From Candidatus Latescibacterota bacterium (lineage in GTDB: Bacteria; Latescibacterota; UBA2968), in NCBI GenBank assembly GCA_038279365.1, contig JAYODI010000009.1, positions 93,475 through 122,198 of the forward strand: 28,724 nt of DNA, in the 5' to 3' direction. Shown piece by piece: positions 1 through 9,698 of the stretch. A model generated the notes under the pieces. That model ran no database searches. It saw only the letters and a program-made list of their open reading frames with translations, and had not been told where the DNA came from. Numbering within the stretch: position 1 is the stretch's first letter; the number at the start of each line of letters is the position of its first letter. The translations under genes and the position numbers were made by a program.

Positions 1-566
1 TCTTTAATGCCTGGCTCTTTTTCCACGCCACTACCAACATCTACGGCATAAGGACGCACAATTTGAATGGCCTCACCCACATTATCAGGGTTCAAACCAC
101 CCGCCAACACAACACGCCCCATCTCTTTTGCCGCAATGGCTTTTGACCAATCGAATGTTTCACCCGTGCCACCATAGTGACCAGCCTTTGCGGTTTCGAG
201 CATAAAAGTATCGACCAAATAAGAACGCATACTTTCAGGTGCAAAATCTTCCCCCACCCGCAAAACGCGAATAACCGGCACCGCATGACCCAAACACGCC
301 TCGGGGGGTTCATCGCCATGTAACTGAATCGCCCGCAAACCAGCCAACTTCACAATCGCATCTATTCGGGTTTCAGGTGTATTCACAAACACACCAACAG
401 GGGTCACAAAAGGGGGCAGCTCGGCCACAATCTCACCCACCGTTTCAGGGGTCACATAACGTGGACTTTTTTCATAAAAAATGAACCCCACAGCATCTGC
501 CCCTGCATCAACCGCACACAAAGCATCATCGCGGTTTGTAATGCCACAAACTTTAGCCCGCACCAT
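1..566 (-). CDS. trpF: Phosphoribosylanthranilate isomerase (3' end truncated by window edge; missing from ORF track)
   Basis: Hand translation from ATG at 566: MVRAKVCGITNRDDALCAVDAGADAVGFIFYEKSPRYV...AIQIVRPYAVDVGSGVEKEPGIK. Shows the KVCGIT, GFIF..SPR and DV.SGVE motifs. Overlaps the trpC stop. Confidence 0.96.
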   Translation of the reverse strand, partial: MVRAKVCGITNRDDALCAVDAGADAVGFIFYEKSPRYVTPETVGEIVAELPPFVTPVGVFVNTPETRIDAIVKLAGLRAIQLHGDEPPEACLGHAVPVIRVLRVGEDFAPESMRSYLVDTFMLETAKAGHYGGTGETFDWSKAIAAKEMGRVVLAGGLNPDNVGEAIQIVRPYAVDVGSGVEKEPGIK

Positions 567-1344
567 AGCCCACCAACTCCCGCAACTTGGCACCAATATC
601 GGCTTCGCGCATCAAACTCTCACCCACCAACACCGCATCGGCCCCCGCATCGCGTAATTTCACCACATCTTCACGTGTATAAATGCCACTTTCACTCACC
701 TTTAAAATCTCATCTGGCATGCGATCAATAAATGAAAAAGTGGTTTCCAGCGTGGTCTCAAATGTTTTCAAATTGCGATTGTTAATGCCCACAATCTCAG
801 CACCTGCATCCAAAGCCAACACCAACTCTTCTTCGGTATGTACCTCTACCAAAGCATCCAAACCCAATTCTTGACTTAAGGCCAAATACGCATCCAAATC
901 TTCGGGTGTCAAAATAGACACAATCAACAACACAGCCGCGGCACCCATTGCGCGCGCTTCGTAAATTTGATAGGGATCAATCGTAAAGTCTTTGCGCAAA
1001 ATAGGCAATTGAACCGCATTGGAAATCTGCGCCAAAAAATCAATGGATCCTTGGAAAAATTTTTCATCTGTCAACACCGACAATGCCGATGCCCCATTCG
1101 CCTCATAAATTTCAGCAATGCCAACGGGGTCAAAATCCGCTCTGATCAACCCCTTTGAAGGAGAAGCTTTTTTAACTTCAGAAATCACCGCAATATCGTC
1201 ACCGTCGGCCAACCCTTCAAAAAAAGAAGGAGGATCTGGCGACTCATCGGCCAATTCGGCCATCTTTTCAAAAGGGATACGAGCCATCTGTTGTTCCAAA
1301 AACGTCCGTTTATATGCAACAATCTCATCCAATATGGTGCTCAC
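553..1344 (-). CDS. trpC: Indole-3-glycerol phosphate synthase
   Basis: EVKKASPSKG, LSVLTDEKFFQGS, LRKDF, GINNRNL and SESGI motifs; trp operon context. Confidence 0.98.
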   Translation of the reverse strand: MSTILDEIVAYKRTFLEQQMARIPFEKMAELADESPDPPSFFEGLADGDDIAVISEVKKASPSKGLIRADFDPVGIAEIYEANGASALSVLTDEKFFQGSIDFLAQISNAVQLPILRKDFTIDPYQIYEARAMGAAAVLLIVSILTPEDLDAYLALSQELGLDALVEVHTEEELVLALDAGAEIVGINNRNLKTFETTLETTFSFIDRMPDEILKVSESGIYTREDVVKLRDAGADAVLVGESLMREADIGAKLRELVGYGAG

Positions 1345-2363
1345 AAAGACGCTCCTTGGCTCACTTTTTTGAGCCCTTCAAGCTTTTCTAATGCCTTGCC
1401 CGAATCCACCACGTCTGCCGCCACTTGGATGCCTTGTGCCAGATCGTTTGCTTTGCCTCCCGCCACAATCGCTGCCGCGGCATTGAGCAAAACAATATCG
1501 CGCTTTGGCCCCTTTTCGCCATTCAAAATGGCCAATGTCATCTTCGCATTTGCATCCGCATCACCGCCTTGTAAATCAGAGGCGCTGGCTTGTGCCAATC
1601 CAAAATCATTAGGTGACACATCGTAGGTCGAAACAACACCATCTTTCAATTCACTCACACGTGTTGGCCCAGTCAACGTCATCTCATCCAGTCCATCCGA
1701 ACCATGTACCACAAACACATGCTCTGAGCCCAAATTGCCCAACACGGTAGCCAATGTCTCGGTCAACGCCGCGCTATAAACCCCAATCACCTGACGTTTG
1801 GCACCCGCCGGATTGGTGAGTGGTCCCAACGCATTAAAAATGGTTCGTACGCCCACTTCTCGCCGAGGGCCAATGGCATACTTCATCGCCCCATGTAATG
1901 AAACGGCAAACAAAAAACCGATGCCCACTTCATCCAAGCACCGGCTAATCACTTCAGGAGATGCCTCAACCTGAACACCCAATGCCTTCAACACATCGGC
2001 ACTGCCACTTTGGCTCGTCGCTGCCCGATTGCCGTGTTTGGCCACACACAAACCCGCACCCGCAACAACAAACGCCGCTGTGGTTGAAATATTAAATGTA
2101 CCCGAATGATCACCACCCGTACCACATGTATCTACAATAACACGATGTTTGGTTTGAATGGGCGTGGCCTTCTCGCGCATCACGGCTGCTGCACCCACAA
2201 TTTCATCTACCGATTCACCTTTTATGCGCAAAGCAATCAAAAATGCGCCGATTTGCGCATCGGTCGCTTCACCCGACATAATTTGATTCATCACACCCGT
2301 CATCTCAACACGGGTCAAATTTTGTCCATCAATCAACTTGGCAATCGCTTCTTGTATGGTCAC
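1341..2363 (-). CDS. trpD: Anthranilate phosphoribosyltransferase
   Basis: DTCGTGGD, FNISTT, KHGNR and GSADVL motifs; GTG start with AGGAGG RBS; 4-bp overlap with trpC. Confidence 0.98.
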   Translation of the reverse strand: MTIQEAIAKLIDGQNLTRVEMTGVMNQIMSGEATDAQIGAFLIALRIKGESVDEIVGAAAVMREKATPIQTKHRVIVDTCGTGGDHSGTFNISTTAAFVVAGAGLCVAKHGNRAATSQSGSADVLKALGVQVEASPEVISRCLDEVGIGFLFAVSLHGAMKYAIGPRREVGVRTIFNALGPLTNPAGAKRQVIGVYSAALTETLATVLGNLGSEHVFVVHGSDGLDEMTLTGPTRVSELKDGVVSTYDVSPNDFGLAQASASDLQGGDADANAKMTLAILNGEKGPKRDIVLLNAAAAIVAGGKANDLAQGIQVAADVVDSGKALEKLEGLKKVSQGASL

Positions 2364-2384
2364 AACGTCCTCCTACCGTAATGG

Positions 2385-2948
2385 CTACGCATCCAAAAAA
2401 TTCTTCAACAAGTTTTTACCTTCTCCCGTCAAAATCGACTCGGGATGAAACTGCACACCTTCAACGGCCAACTCTTTATGGCGCAAACCCATAATAATAC
2501 CATCCGTTGTCTCTGCAGAAATCTCCAAGCAATCGGGCAAACTGGCGCGTTCCACCACCAAAGAGTGATACCGTGTGGCCACAAAAGGATCGGGTAAACC
2601 TGCAAAAATCGACTTGCCGTCGTGACAAATATCAGACACCTTGCCATGCATAATATTGGGCGCGCCAATCACTTTGCCACCAAATGCTTGACCAATCGAT
2701 TGATGGCCCAAACACACACCCAAGATGGGGATTTTGCCCGACAAATGTTCAACCACTGCAAGCGAAACACCTGCTTCATTGGGCGTACACGGCCCAGGTG
2801 AAATCACAATCTTATCGGGTGCCAAATCTTGAATAGCAGGAATATCTACCTCATCGTTGCGCCGAACCATAACTTCGGCCCCCAATTCCCCCAAGTATTG
2901 CACCAAGTTATATGTGAACGAATCGTAATTATCAATCACGAGAATCAT
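2385..2948 (-). CDS. trpG: Anthranilate synthase component II (glutamine amidotransferase)
   Basis: [27 protein letters not shown] and QFHPES motifs; 4-bp overlap with trpE. Confidence 0.96.
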   Translation of the reverse strand: MILVIDNYDSFTYNLVQYLGELGAEVMVRRNDEVDIPAIQDLAPDKIVISPGPCTPNEAGVSLAVVEHLSGKIPILGVCLGHQSIGQAFGGKVIGAPNIMHGKVSDICHDGKSIFAGLPDPFVATRYHSLVVERASLPDCLEISAETTDGIIMGLRHKELAVEGVQFHPESILTGEGKNLLKNFLDA

Positions 2949-4417
2949 ATCAAATCTCCCCGTTCAGCAATTTCCACCGCCCGAAACAGTGCCGTTGCTT
3001 TGTTCACCGTCTCTTCGTATTCGCGCTCTGGCACCGAATCAAACACCACCCCACCACCAGCTTGTGCATAGGCCTTGCCATTTTTAATCACCAATGTACG
3101 AATGGCAATACACGTATCCATGTTCCCAGAAAAGTCGATATATCCCACCGCACCTGCATAAGGCCCTCGACGCGTCGACTCCATCTCGTCTATCACTTCC
3201 ATGGCCCGAATTTTGGGTGCACCAGAAACGGTTCCTGCAGGATAACAGGCAAACAAAGCATCCAACGCATCCACGTCATCCTTAAGCTCACCGCGCACAT
3301 TAGACACAATATGCATCACATGAGAATATCGCTCAATCACCATCTGCTCCGTTACCCGAACCGTATCATATTTAGACACCCGCCCCACATCATTGCGCCC
3401 TAAGTCGACCAACATAATATGCTCGGCACGCTCTTTTTCATCGGCCAACAATTCTTCACCCAAAGCCTGATCTTCGGCCTCGGTCTTACCCCGCCAACGC
3501 GTTCCCGCAATGGGACGCACCTGTACTTCGCCATCTTCTACCCGCACCAACAACTCGGGTGAGGCCCCCACCAATTGATGATCTCCCAAATTGACATGAA
3601 ACATATATGGCGACGGATTAACCGTGCGCAATGCCCGATAAATGGCCAATGAATCAACCGTTACATCCATTGCAAATCGTTGAGAGGGAACCACCTGAAA
3701 AATATCGCCTGCAACGATGTATTCCTTGCACAAATTCACAACTTCTTCATAACGCGCCTTGCTCGTATTGGATGTGACCTCGCACGAACTGCTACCCGAT
3801 TCCAGCGATACATCTACGGTTTGGTGCAACGCATCTGCCAAGTTATTGAGACGTAAAACCGCATCTTGATAGTTGGCTTTCAAATCACCATGGGTATGTA
3901 CATTGGCAATCAATTGAATTTTGTGCCTCACATTATCAAACACCAATAACGTATCAAAAAACAACAGCAACACATCATCCAAATTCAGATCGTCTTCCAC
4001 ACTTTCGGGAATCCGTTCCATGAGCCGAACCGCATCATAGCTCACATACCCAACGGCCCCTCCTGTAAAACGGGGCATCCCCTCAACATCTGCGGCCTTA
4101 TATTGCGCCAAAAGTTTTCTCAGTTCAGCAATTGGATCACCGTCAAATGTTCGTTTTGTGCCCGCCTTCACATCTTCAATCGCAATCTGTCTGCCACGCG
4201 ACCTAAAAATCAGGAAAGGCGCCACACCCAAAAACGAATACCGACCAATCTTTTCGCCACCAACCACACTCTCAAACAAAAAAGAGTAAGGTGCACGTGA
4301 TCGGATCTTCAAATAGGCCGAAACGGGTGTCTCCGTATCGGCCAATACTTCTTTTGAAATGGGCACCAACCCAAATCCATTGGCCAGGTTCTTTACGGTA
4401 TTAAAATCAGGCATCAT
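2945..4417 (-). CDS. trpE: Anthranilate synthase component I
   Basis: LFES (Trp-feedback region), [32 protein letters not shown] and QAGGGVV motifs. ATG 4417 is preferred over the track's TTG 4420. Confidence 0.97.
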   Translation of the reverse strand: MMPDFNTVKNLANGFGLVPISKEVLADTETPVSAYLKIRSRAPYSFLFESVVGGEKIGRYSFLGVAPFLIFRSRGRQIAIEDVKAGTKRTFDGDPIAELRKLLAQYKAADVEGMPRFTGGAVGYVSYDAVRLMERIPESVEDDLNLDDVLLLFFDTLLVFDNVRHKIQLIANVHTHGDLKANYQDAVLRLNNLADALHQTVDVSLESGSSSCEVTSNTSKARYEEVVNLCKEYIVAGDIFQVVPSQRFAMDVTVDSLAIYRALRTVNPSPYMFHVNLGDHQLVGASPELLVRVEDGEVQVRPIAGTRWRGKTEAEDQALGEELLADEKERAEHIMLVDLGRNDVGRVSKYDTVRVTEQMVIERYSHVMHIVSNVRGELKDDVDALDALFACYPAGTVSGAPKIRAMEVIDEMESTRRGPYAGAVGYIDFSGNMDTCIAIRTLVIKNGKAYAQAGGGVVFDSVPEREYEETVNKATALFRAVEIAERGDLI

Positions 4418-4503
4418 CAAAACACTTCCATTCTGCTAACTATCGAAATTTTATCAAGATAGACCTAATAAGGAACGACTTTATAGAAAAAAGTCAAGCG
4501 CAT

Positions 4504-4534
4504 AAAAAAAGCCGCGAGCATATGCCCACGGCTT
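4504..4534 (-). terminator. Attenuator intrinsic terminator (3:4 hairpin) of the trp leader
   Basis: Minus strand reads AAGCCGTGGGC-ATAT-GCTCGCGGCTT followed by a U-run; lies between the leader peptide and trpE. Confidence 0.9.
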
Positions 4535-4586
4535 CAATTTTTGACGATCATAAACACCAATCACATCACATTGCGGGCATACAAAA

Positions 4587-4664
4587 CTAAGACGGAAGCC
4601 GATAATAATAAAATCGGCCGTCAAAACGACGCCAATACCACAATGCTGATGCAAAAGTTTTCAT
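4587..4664 (-). CDS. trpL: trp operon leader peptide, 25 aa: MKTFASALWYWRRFDGRFYYYRLPS
   Basis: ATG at 4664 to TAG at 4587, TAAGGA upstream, TGG-TAT-TGG control codons. Overlaps the 1:2 hairpin and precedes the antiterminator and terminator. Confidence 0.88.
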   Translation of the reverse strand: MKTFASALWYWRRFDGRFYYYRLPS

Positions 4665-4706
4665 CTTTTCAAAATCCTTAAAACAAAATGATTTTCTGAC
4701 TCGCCA

Positions 4707-4736
4707 AAGATAACACAATCTAAAACGTATTGTCAA
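4707..4736 (-). promoter_or_regulatory. Putative sigma70 promoter of trpL-trpE
   Basis: TTGACA-18 nt-TATCTT with an extended -10 TGn, about 45 nt upstream of the leader ATG. Confidence 0.65.
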
Positions 4737-4750
4737 GCAAGAATTCCAAT

Positions 4751-5530
4751 TTACTCTTCATGCCCGTCAATTTGGCCCACCTCAATGGTCAGTTCATCGC
4801 GATTAATAATGCGATCTACCCGCCCATCGCGCATCCACACCACGCGGTCTGACACACTCAACATTTTGTGATCGTGCGTGGCTGAAATAACTGTTACACC
4901 CGATTCTTTGTTCATCTCGCGTAACAACTCAATAATTTCACGACCCGTTGTTAAGTCGAGGTTAGCGGTGGGTTCGTCAGCCAAAATAATGGCGGGGTCA
5001 TTGGCAAAAGCACGCGCCACAGCCACACGCTGTTGTTGACCACCAGAAAGCTCAAATGGCTTGTGGGTGACACGCTCTCCCAACCCCACCTTTGTAAGCA
5101 AATGTACACCTTTTTCACGGGCTTCGTCACTTGTAAGACCTGCAAAAACCATAGGCAAAGTCACATTTTCAAGCGCCGTCATAACGGGAATCAGGTTGTA
5201 GGATTGAAAAATATATCCAATTTTCCGACAACGCAACCAAGCCAACTCATAAGCATCCAATTGGGCCACATCCACATCGTCAATATAGACTTTGCCAGAA
5301 CTGGGTTTGTCTAACCCCCCAATCATATTAAACAAGGTAGACTTTCCAGAACCTGAAGGCCCCATCAAAGACAAATATTCGCCTTGAGGCACTTCCAAAT
5401 CCACACCTTTTAATGCATGTACTTGCTCTTCACCCATGACATATACTTTTTTGACATCTTGGGTACGCACCACAGTAGCGGCTTCGGCAAGTGCAGCAGC
5501 TCTCTCTTCTTGTACTTGTGTATCAGCCAT
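4751..5530 (-). CDS. ABC transporter ATP-binding protein (LolD/MacB/FtsE-like)
   Basis: Walker [31 protein letters not shown]-loop ATHD. Confidence 0.93.
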   Translation of the reverse strand: MADTQVQEERAAALAEAATVVRTQDVKKVYVMGEEQVHALKGVDLEVPQGEYLSLMGPSGSGKSTLFNMIGGLDKPSSGKVYIDDVDVAQLDAYELAWLRCRKIGYIFQSYNLIPVMTALENVTLPMVFAGLTSDEAREKGVHLLTKVGLGERVTHKPFELSGGQQQRVAVARAFANDPAIILADEPTANLDLTTGREIIELLREMNKESGVTVISATHDHKMLSVSDRVVWMRDGRVDRIINRDELTIEVGQIDGHEE

Positions 5531-5611
5531 TAAAAAACCCCGCAGGTGAAAAGGGAGAATGGAAACCCAAATGCCTCGTTTCCCAAACTCATACGTCCAT
5601 CTCGATCAAAA

Positions 5612-6283
5612 TTAAACTTCCAATCCCATTGCATCAACAGGTTCCATTTTTGCCGCCCGATAAGCCGGCATAATGCCCCCCAAAAGAGACAAAACAGACC
5701 CCACCACAATCGCAATCATACCACTTTCAATAATGCGCGCCCACGGAACATGTGCAAACAACACCATGCCATAGTTGGTCACATTTAACAAACAAGTAAG
5801 CGTCAAACCAACAACAACACCAATGATGGTGCCAGCCGTTCCCATAAACGAAGATTCTAAGATAAACAGCTTAATAATGAATCCGTCGAGTGCCCCCATG
5901 CACTTCATGGTTCCAATTTCACGAAAACGTTCAGTCACGGACATAAGCATGGCATTGGCAATGCCCACCAAACACACCAACAAGGACAAAACCACCAACC
6001 AATTGTCTTTAGAACGTTGCTGAATGGCAGCCGCACTGTCTGGATCAATTTCAATACCCTTTTGTTGCAAAAGCAAATTGATTTTGGGATCTTTTGCTGC
6101 CATCAAACCATCAATCATGGCATTGGACGTCCAAATAGACATCAAGAAAGCAATGGCCAAAACAATACCACTCACCGTAATCAATGACCGGCCAAATCGA
6201 ATCTTTACACTGTTAAAACTGATTTCGACAGCCTTAGAAAGTGGTAAAGATATCTGTGACTCTAATTTATACTGTTTTGCCAT
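5612..6283 (-). CDS. Small FtsX-family ABC permease
   Basis: NAMLMSVTERFREIGTMKCMGA, PAYRAAKMEPVDAM; about 4 TM helices; ATG 6283 with GGAGG RBS. Confidence 0.88.
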   Translation of the reverse strand: MAKQYKLESQISLPLSKAVEISFNSVKIRFGRSLITVSGIVLAIAFLMSIWTSNAMIDGLMAAKDPKINLLLQQKGIEIDPDSAAAIQQRSKDNWLVVLSLLVCLVGIANAMLMSVTERFREIGTMKCMGALDGFIIKLFILESSFMGTAGTIIGVVVGLTLTCLLNVTNYGMVLFAHVPWARIIESGMIAIVVGSVLSLLGGIMPAYRAAKMEPVDAMGLEV

Positions 6284-6306
6284 GATGCCTCCGTCCAACA
6301 ATGAAG

Positions 6307-7944
6307 TTATCGCACTTGATTATATGGTGTTTGGCTACGACCATATGTTTGCGTATCGCCTTGCTGGCTTGCGGCACGCGCAACCAACAAAGCTTCTGCC
6401 TGACCAAATAAAGCAACGGCTTGTGCCACTTGGGAGTCTTGCTGAACCCGGACACGACCTTCTGCACCATTGCCCCACCGAATCTGTGCAATTTGTTGTT
6501 TGATTTGTTTTTGAATAAATGGTGTGGCTTCTTGAAATTCAGATTCTGTAAATGGCACTTCGCGCTCAACCAAAAGAGAGCGAAATTCTTTCAATTCATG
6601 AGCTCCAGGCTCATATGTTCTAAAAAAGCGATTAAAATCGGGATATTGACGTGAAATATGGGCCTCTTGTCGCTTTGCATACGACAAAAATGCCGCAAAG
6701 TACTTGGGTTTAACCAGCACACGCGCCAATGCCCCCAAGGAATCGGCCTGAATAGGCACATCTGGTGTAATGCCTCCGCCACCAAAAACGGTGCGTTTCA
6801 GTATGCGTGTATGATATATTTTTTTGGAAGCCAAGCTATCGGGATCGGTATTGGGGTCATAATCGTCATAACCCTCTTTTTGATACGCTTCGTGATCATC
6901 ACCAAATGGACGCTGTATGGGCCGGCCACTGGGTGTAAAATAACGCGCAATGGTCAATAAAACAGCACCTTGGTTTTTTAAATAAAACTGCTTTTGAACC
7001 AGTCCTTTGCCAAAAGTGGTATGTCCCACAACCAAGCCACGGTCATAATCTTGGATGGCACCCGCAACAATTTCAGAGGCACTTGCACTAAATCGATCGA
7101 CCAGAACAATTAAGGGCAAATCCGGTGCATATATGGGATCGCGATTTCCCAAGTGATTCTCTCGAGAATGCCGATAACGACCTTCGGTATACACCAAACG
7201 CCGCCCCTTTTCTATGAACTGATTGGCAACCACAACCGCCTGTTCAAGATAGCCCCCCCCATTGCCGCGCAAATCTAAAATCAACTTCTGGGACCCTTGC
7301 ATCAACAAATCAACAATGGCAGCTTCAAGCTCTTCTCCAGTACGTCCTGAAAAACGCGTTACTTTTACGTAGCCAATGTCTTCAGAGAGCATAAAAGCAT
7401 AAGGCACACTGGGCACTTGAATATTATCACGCACAATCTCAAATTCGACCAAATCTTGCTCGCCTTCGCGGCGCACCGAAACCGTAACCAAAGTGCCTTT
7501 TTCACCTTTGAGCAAATCGGTTACATCTTTGGCCTTTAAATTCAATGCGCTCTTGCCATCAATGCGATAAATTTGGTCGCCAGGCAGCAAGCCAGCACGA
7601 AAAGCAGGCGACCCTTCAATGGGTGATAAAACCGTAAGCACATTGTCTACTATTTCAAAAAAAATGCCAATACCTTCAAATGATCCACGCAACCGCTCTT
7701 GTGTATCGTGAAGTTCTTCAGGGCGCACATAAGTCGAATGTGGGTCAAGCTGAGACAAATATCCTTCTATCGCGCCATGCAACAAATCAACCGCATCGGT
7801 ATCTTCATAATAGTTTTGACGCACATGATGCATCAACTCAACCAACGCATCCATTTGCTGGCGCTCTGTTGGTTTGGGCACATCAGCCCAAACAGAAAGA
7901 GACCCACAAAAAACCAAACATCCGATGAGTATGCGCTGTATCAC
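6307..7944 (-). CDS. S41 carboxy-terminal processing protease (CtpA-like, PDZ domain)
   Basis: LDPHSTY, GIG..F, DLRGNGGG, SASASEIVAGAIQD, TFGKGLVQ, RYFTPSGR and GGITPD motifs. Start is probably GTG 7944 (GGAG RBS); the track uses TTG 7974. Confidence 0.93.
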   Translation of the reverse strand: MIQRILIGCLVFCGSLSVWADVPKPTERQQMDALVELMHHVRQNYYEDTDAVDLLHGAIEGYLSQLDPHSTYVRPEELHDTQERLRGSFEGIGIFFEIVDNVLTVLSPIEGSPAFRAGLLPGDQIYRIDGKSALNLKAKDVTDLLKGEKGTLVTVSVRREGEQDLVEFEIVRDNIQVPSVPYAFMLSEDIGYVKVTRFSGRTGEELEAAIVDLLMQGSQKLILDLRGNGGGYLEQAVVVANQFIEKGRRLVYTEGRYRHSRENHLGNRDPIYAPDLPLIVLVDRFSASASEIVAGAIQDYDRGLVVGHTTFGKGLVQKQFYLKNQGAVLLTIARYFTPSGRPIQRPFGDDHEAYQKEGYDDYDPNTDPDSLASKKIYHTRILKRTVFGGGGITPDVPIQADSLGALARVLVKPKYFAAFLSYAKRQEAHISRQYPDFNRFFRTYEPGAHELKEFRSLLVEREVPFTESEFQEATPFIQKQIKQQIAQIRWGNGAEGRVRVQQDSQVAQAVALFGQAEALLVARAASQQGDTQTYGRSQTPYNQVR

Positions 7945-8003
7945 AAATAGAAAACTCCACAAAAGAAACAGCAATAAAAATAAACCGTTACAAAAGCGAG
8001 GCT

Positions 8004-8032
8004 AACATAAATCTCAAAGAAAGGGCTGTCAA
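8004..8032 (-). promoter_or_regulatory. Putative sigma70 promoter for ctpA-permease-ATPase
   Basis: TTGACA-17 nt-TATGTT on the minus strand. Confidence 0.6.
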
Positions 8033-8072
8033 GAAAAATAACAATGCTTTATTTGCAAAACAAGCACCCCAT

Positions 8073-8786
8073 CTAATGCTTTGAAAAACGATTTTTAAAC
8101 ACCCAAAACAACAATAATTGCTTTGCAAACAAATAATATTCCGTCCAATTCAATTTGCTGCTGCTAAATTGCCGGTTGCGAAAAATAAAAGGCACTTCCA
8201 TAAAACGAGTATAATGTCCTTTTACCAAAATCTCTAACAAAATTTTATACCCAGGTGACGTAAGGGCCATCCCTTCAATAACACGCCTGTGCAAAAAGAA
8301 ATATCCAGCCAATGGATCTTGCACTCCAGTTAACCGACGCGCAAAAAACACACCTGCCTGCGAGATCACCTTGCGGTACCAAGGCCATTTTTCGACTCGG
8401 CTTTCTGGATTATAACGACTGCCAATGGCCAAATCGTGATCGCGCAAACCCAAAATGAGCTGCGGCAAAACAACAGGATCATGACTTAAATCGGCATCAA
8501 TCACTCCTAAAAGCGGGCGATCTGAATGGGCAAACCCTGCCATCACGGCACTGCCCAACCCCAATTTACCTGTGCGATGCACCACCTGAATGGGATAACG
8601 ATCCTTTAGCCCTTCAGCCACCTCACCTGTGCCATCTGGAGAATTGTCATCTACCACGATCAATTCCAAATCAATCTCTGGGTATTCGGAGATAATACCA
8701 AACACTTCCTCCACCAAAATGGGAATGTTCTCGCGTTCGTTGTATGTAGGTGTAATAAGCGATATACGCAAAATATCTTTAGACAT
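8073..8786 (-). CDS. GT2 glycosyltransferase, polyprenol-monophosphomannose synthase (DPM1)-like
   Basis: PTYNERENI, VVDDNSPDGT, DADLSHDP, GSRY and GYKILLE motifs. Confidence 0.9.
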   Translation of the reverse strand: MSKDILRISLITPTYNERENIPILVEEVFGIISEYPEIDLELIVVDDNSPDGTGEVAEGLKDRYPIQVVHRTGKLGLGSAVMAGFAHSDRPLLGVIDADLSHDPVVLPQLILGLRDHDLAIGSRYNPESRVEKWPWYRKVISQAGVFFARRLTGVQDPLAGYFFLHRRVIEGMALTSPGYKILLEILVKGHYTRFMEVPFIFRNRQFSSSKLNWTEYYLFAKQLLLFWVFKNRFSKH

Positions 8787-8799
8787 AAATAATTAGTTC

Positions 8800-9675
8800 C
8801 TACTTGAGATGCTTTTGAATTTTCATAAGAGAATCATCAAATTTTTGGGGAATTACAGAAGACAATTGGCCTGCCAAATCCATACAAAGCCCTGCCCGCA
8901 AAGGGCGTTTGGCGGGCTGTTTAAACTCGGCAGAAGTGACCGGCGTGACCAAATCAAGATCGAAATCAAAGATGGCACACATGCGTTCTACCATCTCAAA
9001 TCGCGATAAAAAATCACGTCCACCAAAATGTACAAGACCTTGAAAATTGGACTGGCACAATTCAAATATAAACATCGCCAAATCGTCAATATATGTTGGA
9101 TTGGTCCACTCATCCGTCACCACGCGAATGGCCTCGCCTTTTTTTAATGCCCCCAAAGCCCACGTGACAAAATTGGGCCGACACCCTACCCGATAACCGT
9201 ATAATACAGCGGTTCGAATCACAATATGTGGGCAATTGGCCTGTGCAACAACACGTTCACCCTCTAACTTACTTTGGCCATACACATTGAGAGGGTATGC
9301 CACATCACCTTCGTGATACATCCCTGCCGCACCATCAAAAACGTAATTGGTCGAAAGGGTGATCAGCCCACTTCCTGCCCTCTCACACGCACGAACCAAA
9401 TGCCGAGTTCCATCGACATGCACCGCATAAGCCAAATCGGGATCGCGTTCACACCCATCTACACTGGTCATGGCCGCTGTATTGATAACCCAGCGCGGTC
9501 GAATGGCCATCACAGCATCCATGACCGATGCTTCATCGGTCAAATGGATGGGTGTGTGGCCCACGCCCTGGCGTGAAGCAGGCACACAAACCCACGTGTC
9601 AGGAGACAAATCGCAAATCGTTCGCCCCAAAAACCCTGTTGCCCCCACAACAAGAAGTGTATCACTTGTCGCCAT
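8800..9675 (-). CDS. RmlD-like (dTDP-4-dehydrorhamnose reductase family) extended SDR
   Basis: GATGFLG, AAMTSVDGCE, STNYVFDG, YGQSK and PAKRP motifs; rmlABC not adjacent. Confidence 0.88.
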   Translation of the reverse strand: MATSDTLLVVGATGFLGRTICDLSPDTWVCVPASRQGVGHTPIHLTDEASVMDAVMAIRPRWVINTAAMTSVDGCERDPDLAYAVHVDGTRHLVRACERAGSGLITLSTNYVFDGAAGMYHEGDVAYPLNVYGQSKLEGERVVAQANCPHIVIRTAVLYGYRVGCRPNFVTWALGALKKGEAIRVVTDEWTNPTYIDDLAMFIFELCQSNFQGLVHFGGRDFLSRFEMVERMCAIFDFDLDLVTPVTSAEFKQPAKRPLRAGLCMDLAGQLSSVIPQKFDDSLMKIQKHLK

Positions 9676-9698
9676 ATCTATCCCTTAACCCACCCATA

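Larger units (their letters stand above)
4504..4664 (-). promoter_or_regulatory. Ribosome-mediated transcription attenuator
   Basis: 1:2 hairpin GACGG-CCGAT...ATCGG-CTT-CCGTC. CGGCTTC and GTATGCCCGC (4573-4582) are complementary to GAAGCCG and GTGGGCATAT in the terminator 5' arm, giving mutually exclusive structures. Confidence 0.85.

Noticed and set aside
92-319. 75-aa ORF in the track
   Set aside because: Alternative frame inside trpF; the real gene was missed because it has no stop within the window.
4475-4500. TTGACT and a small GACTTT/AAAGTC inverted repeat after the attenuator as a second trpE promoter or operator
   Set aside because: No acceptable -10 at 16-18 nt, and the stem is weak.
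5530-5715. 61-aa Trp/Phe-rich ORF that might look like a leader peptide
   Set aside because: Out-of-frame overlap with the permease 3' end, no RBS, no attenuator; the real leader is at 4587-4664.
8800-9675. Calling the gene rfbD/rmlD of a rhamnose pathway
   Set aside because: rmlA, rmlB and rmlC are absent from the neighbourhood; only family-level assignment is supported.
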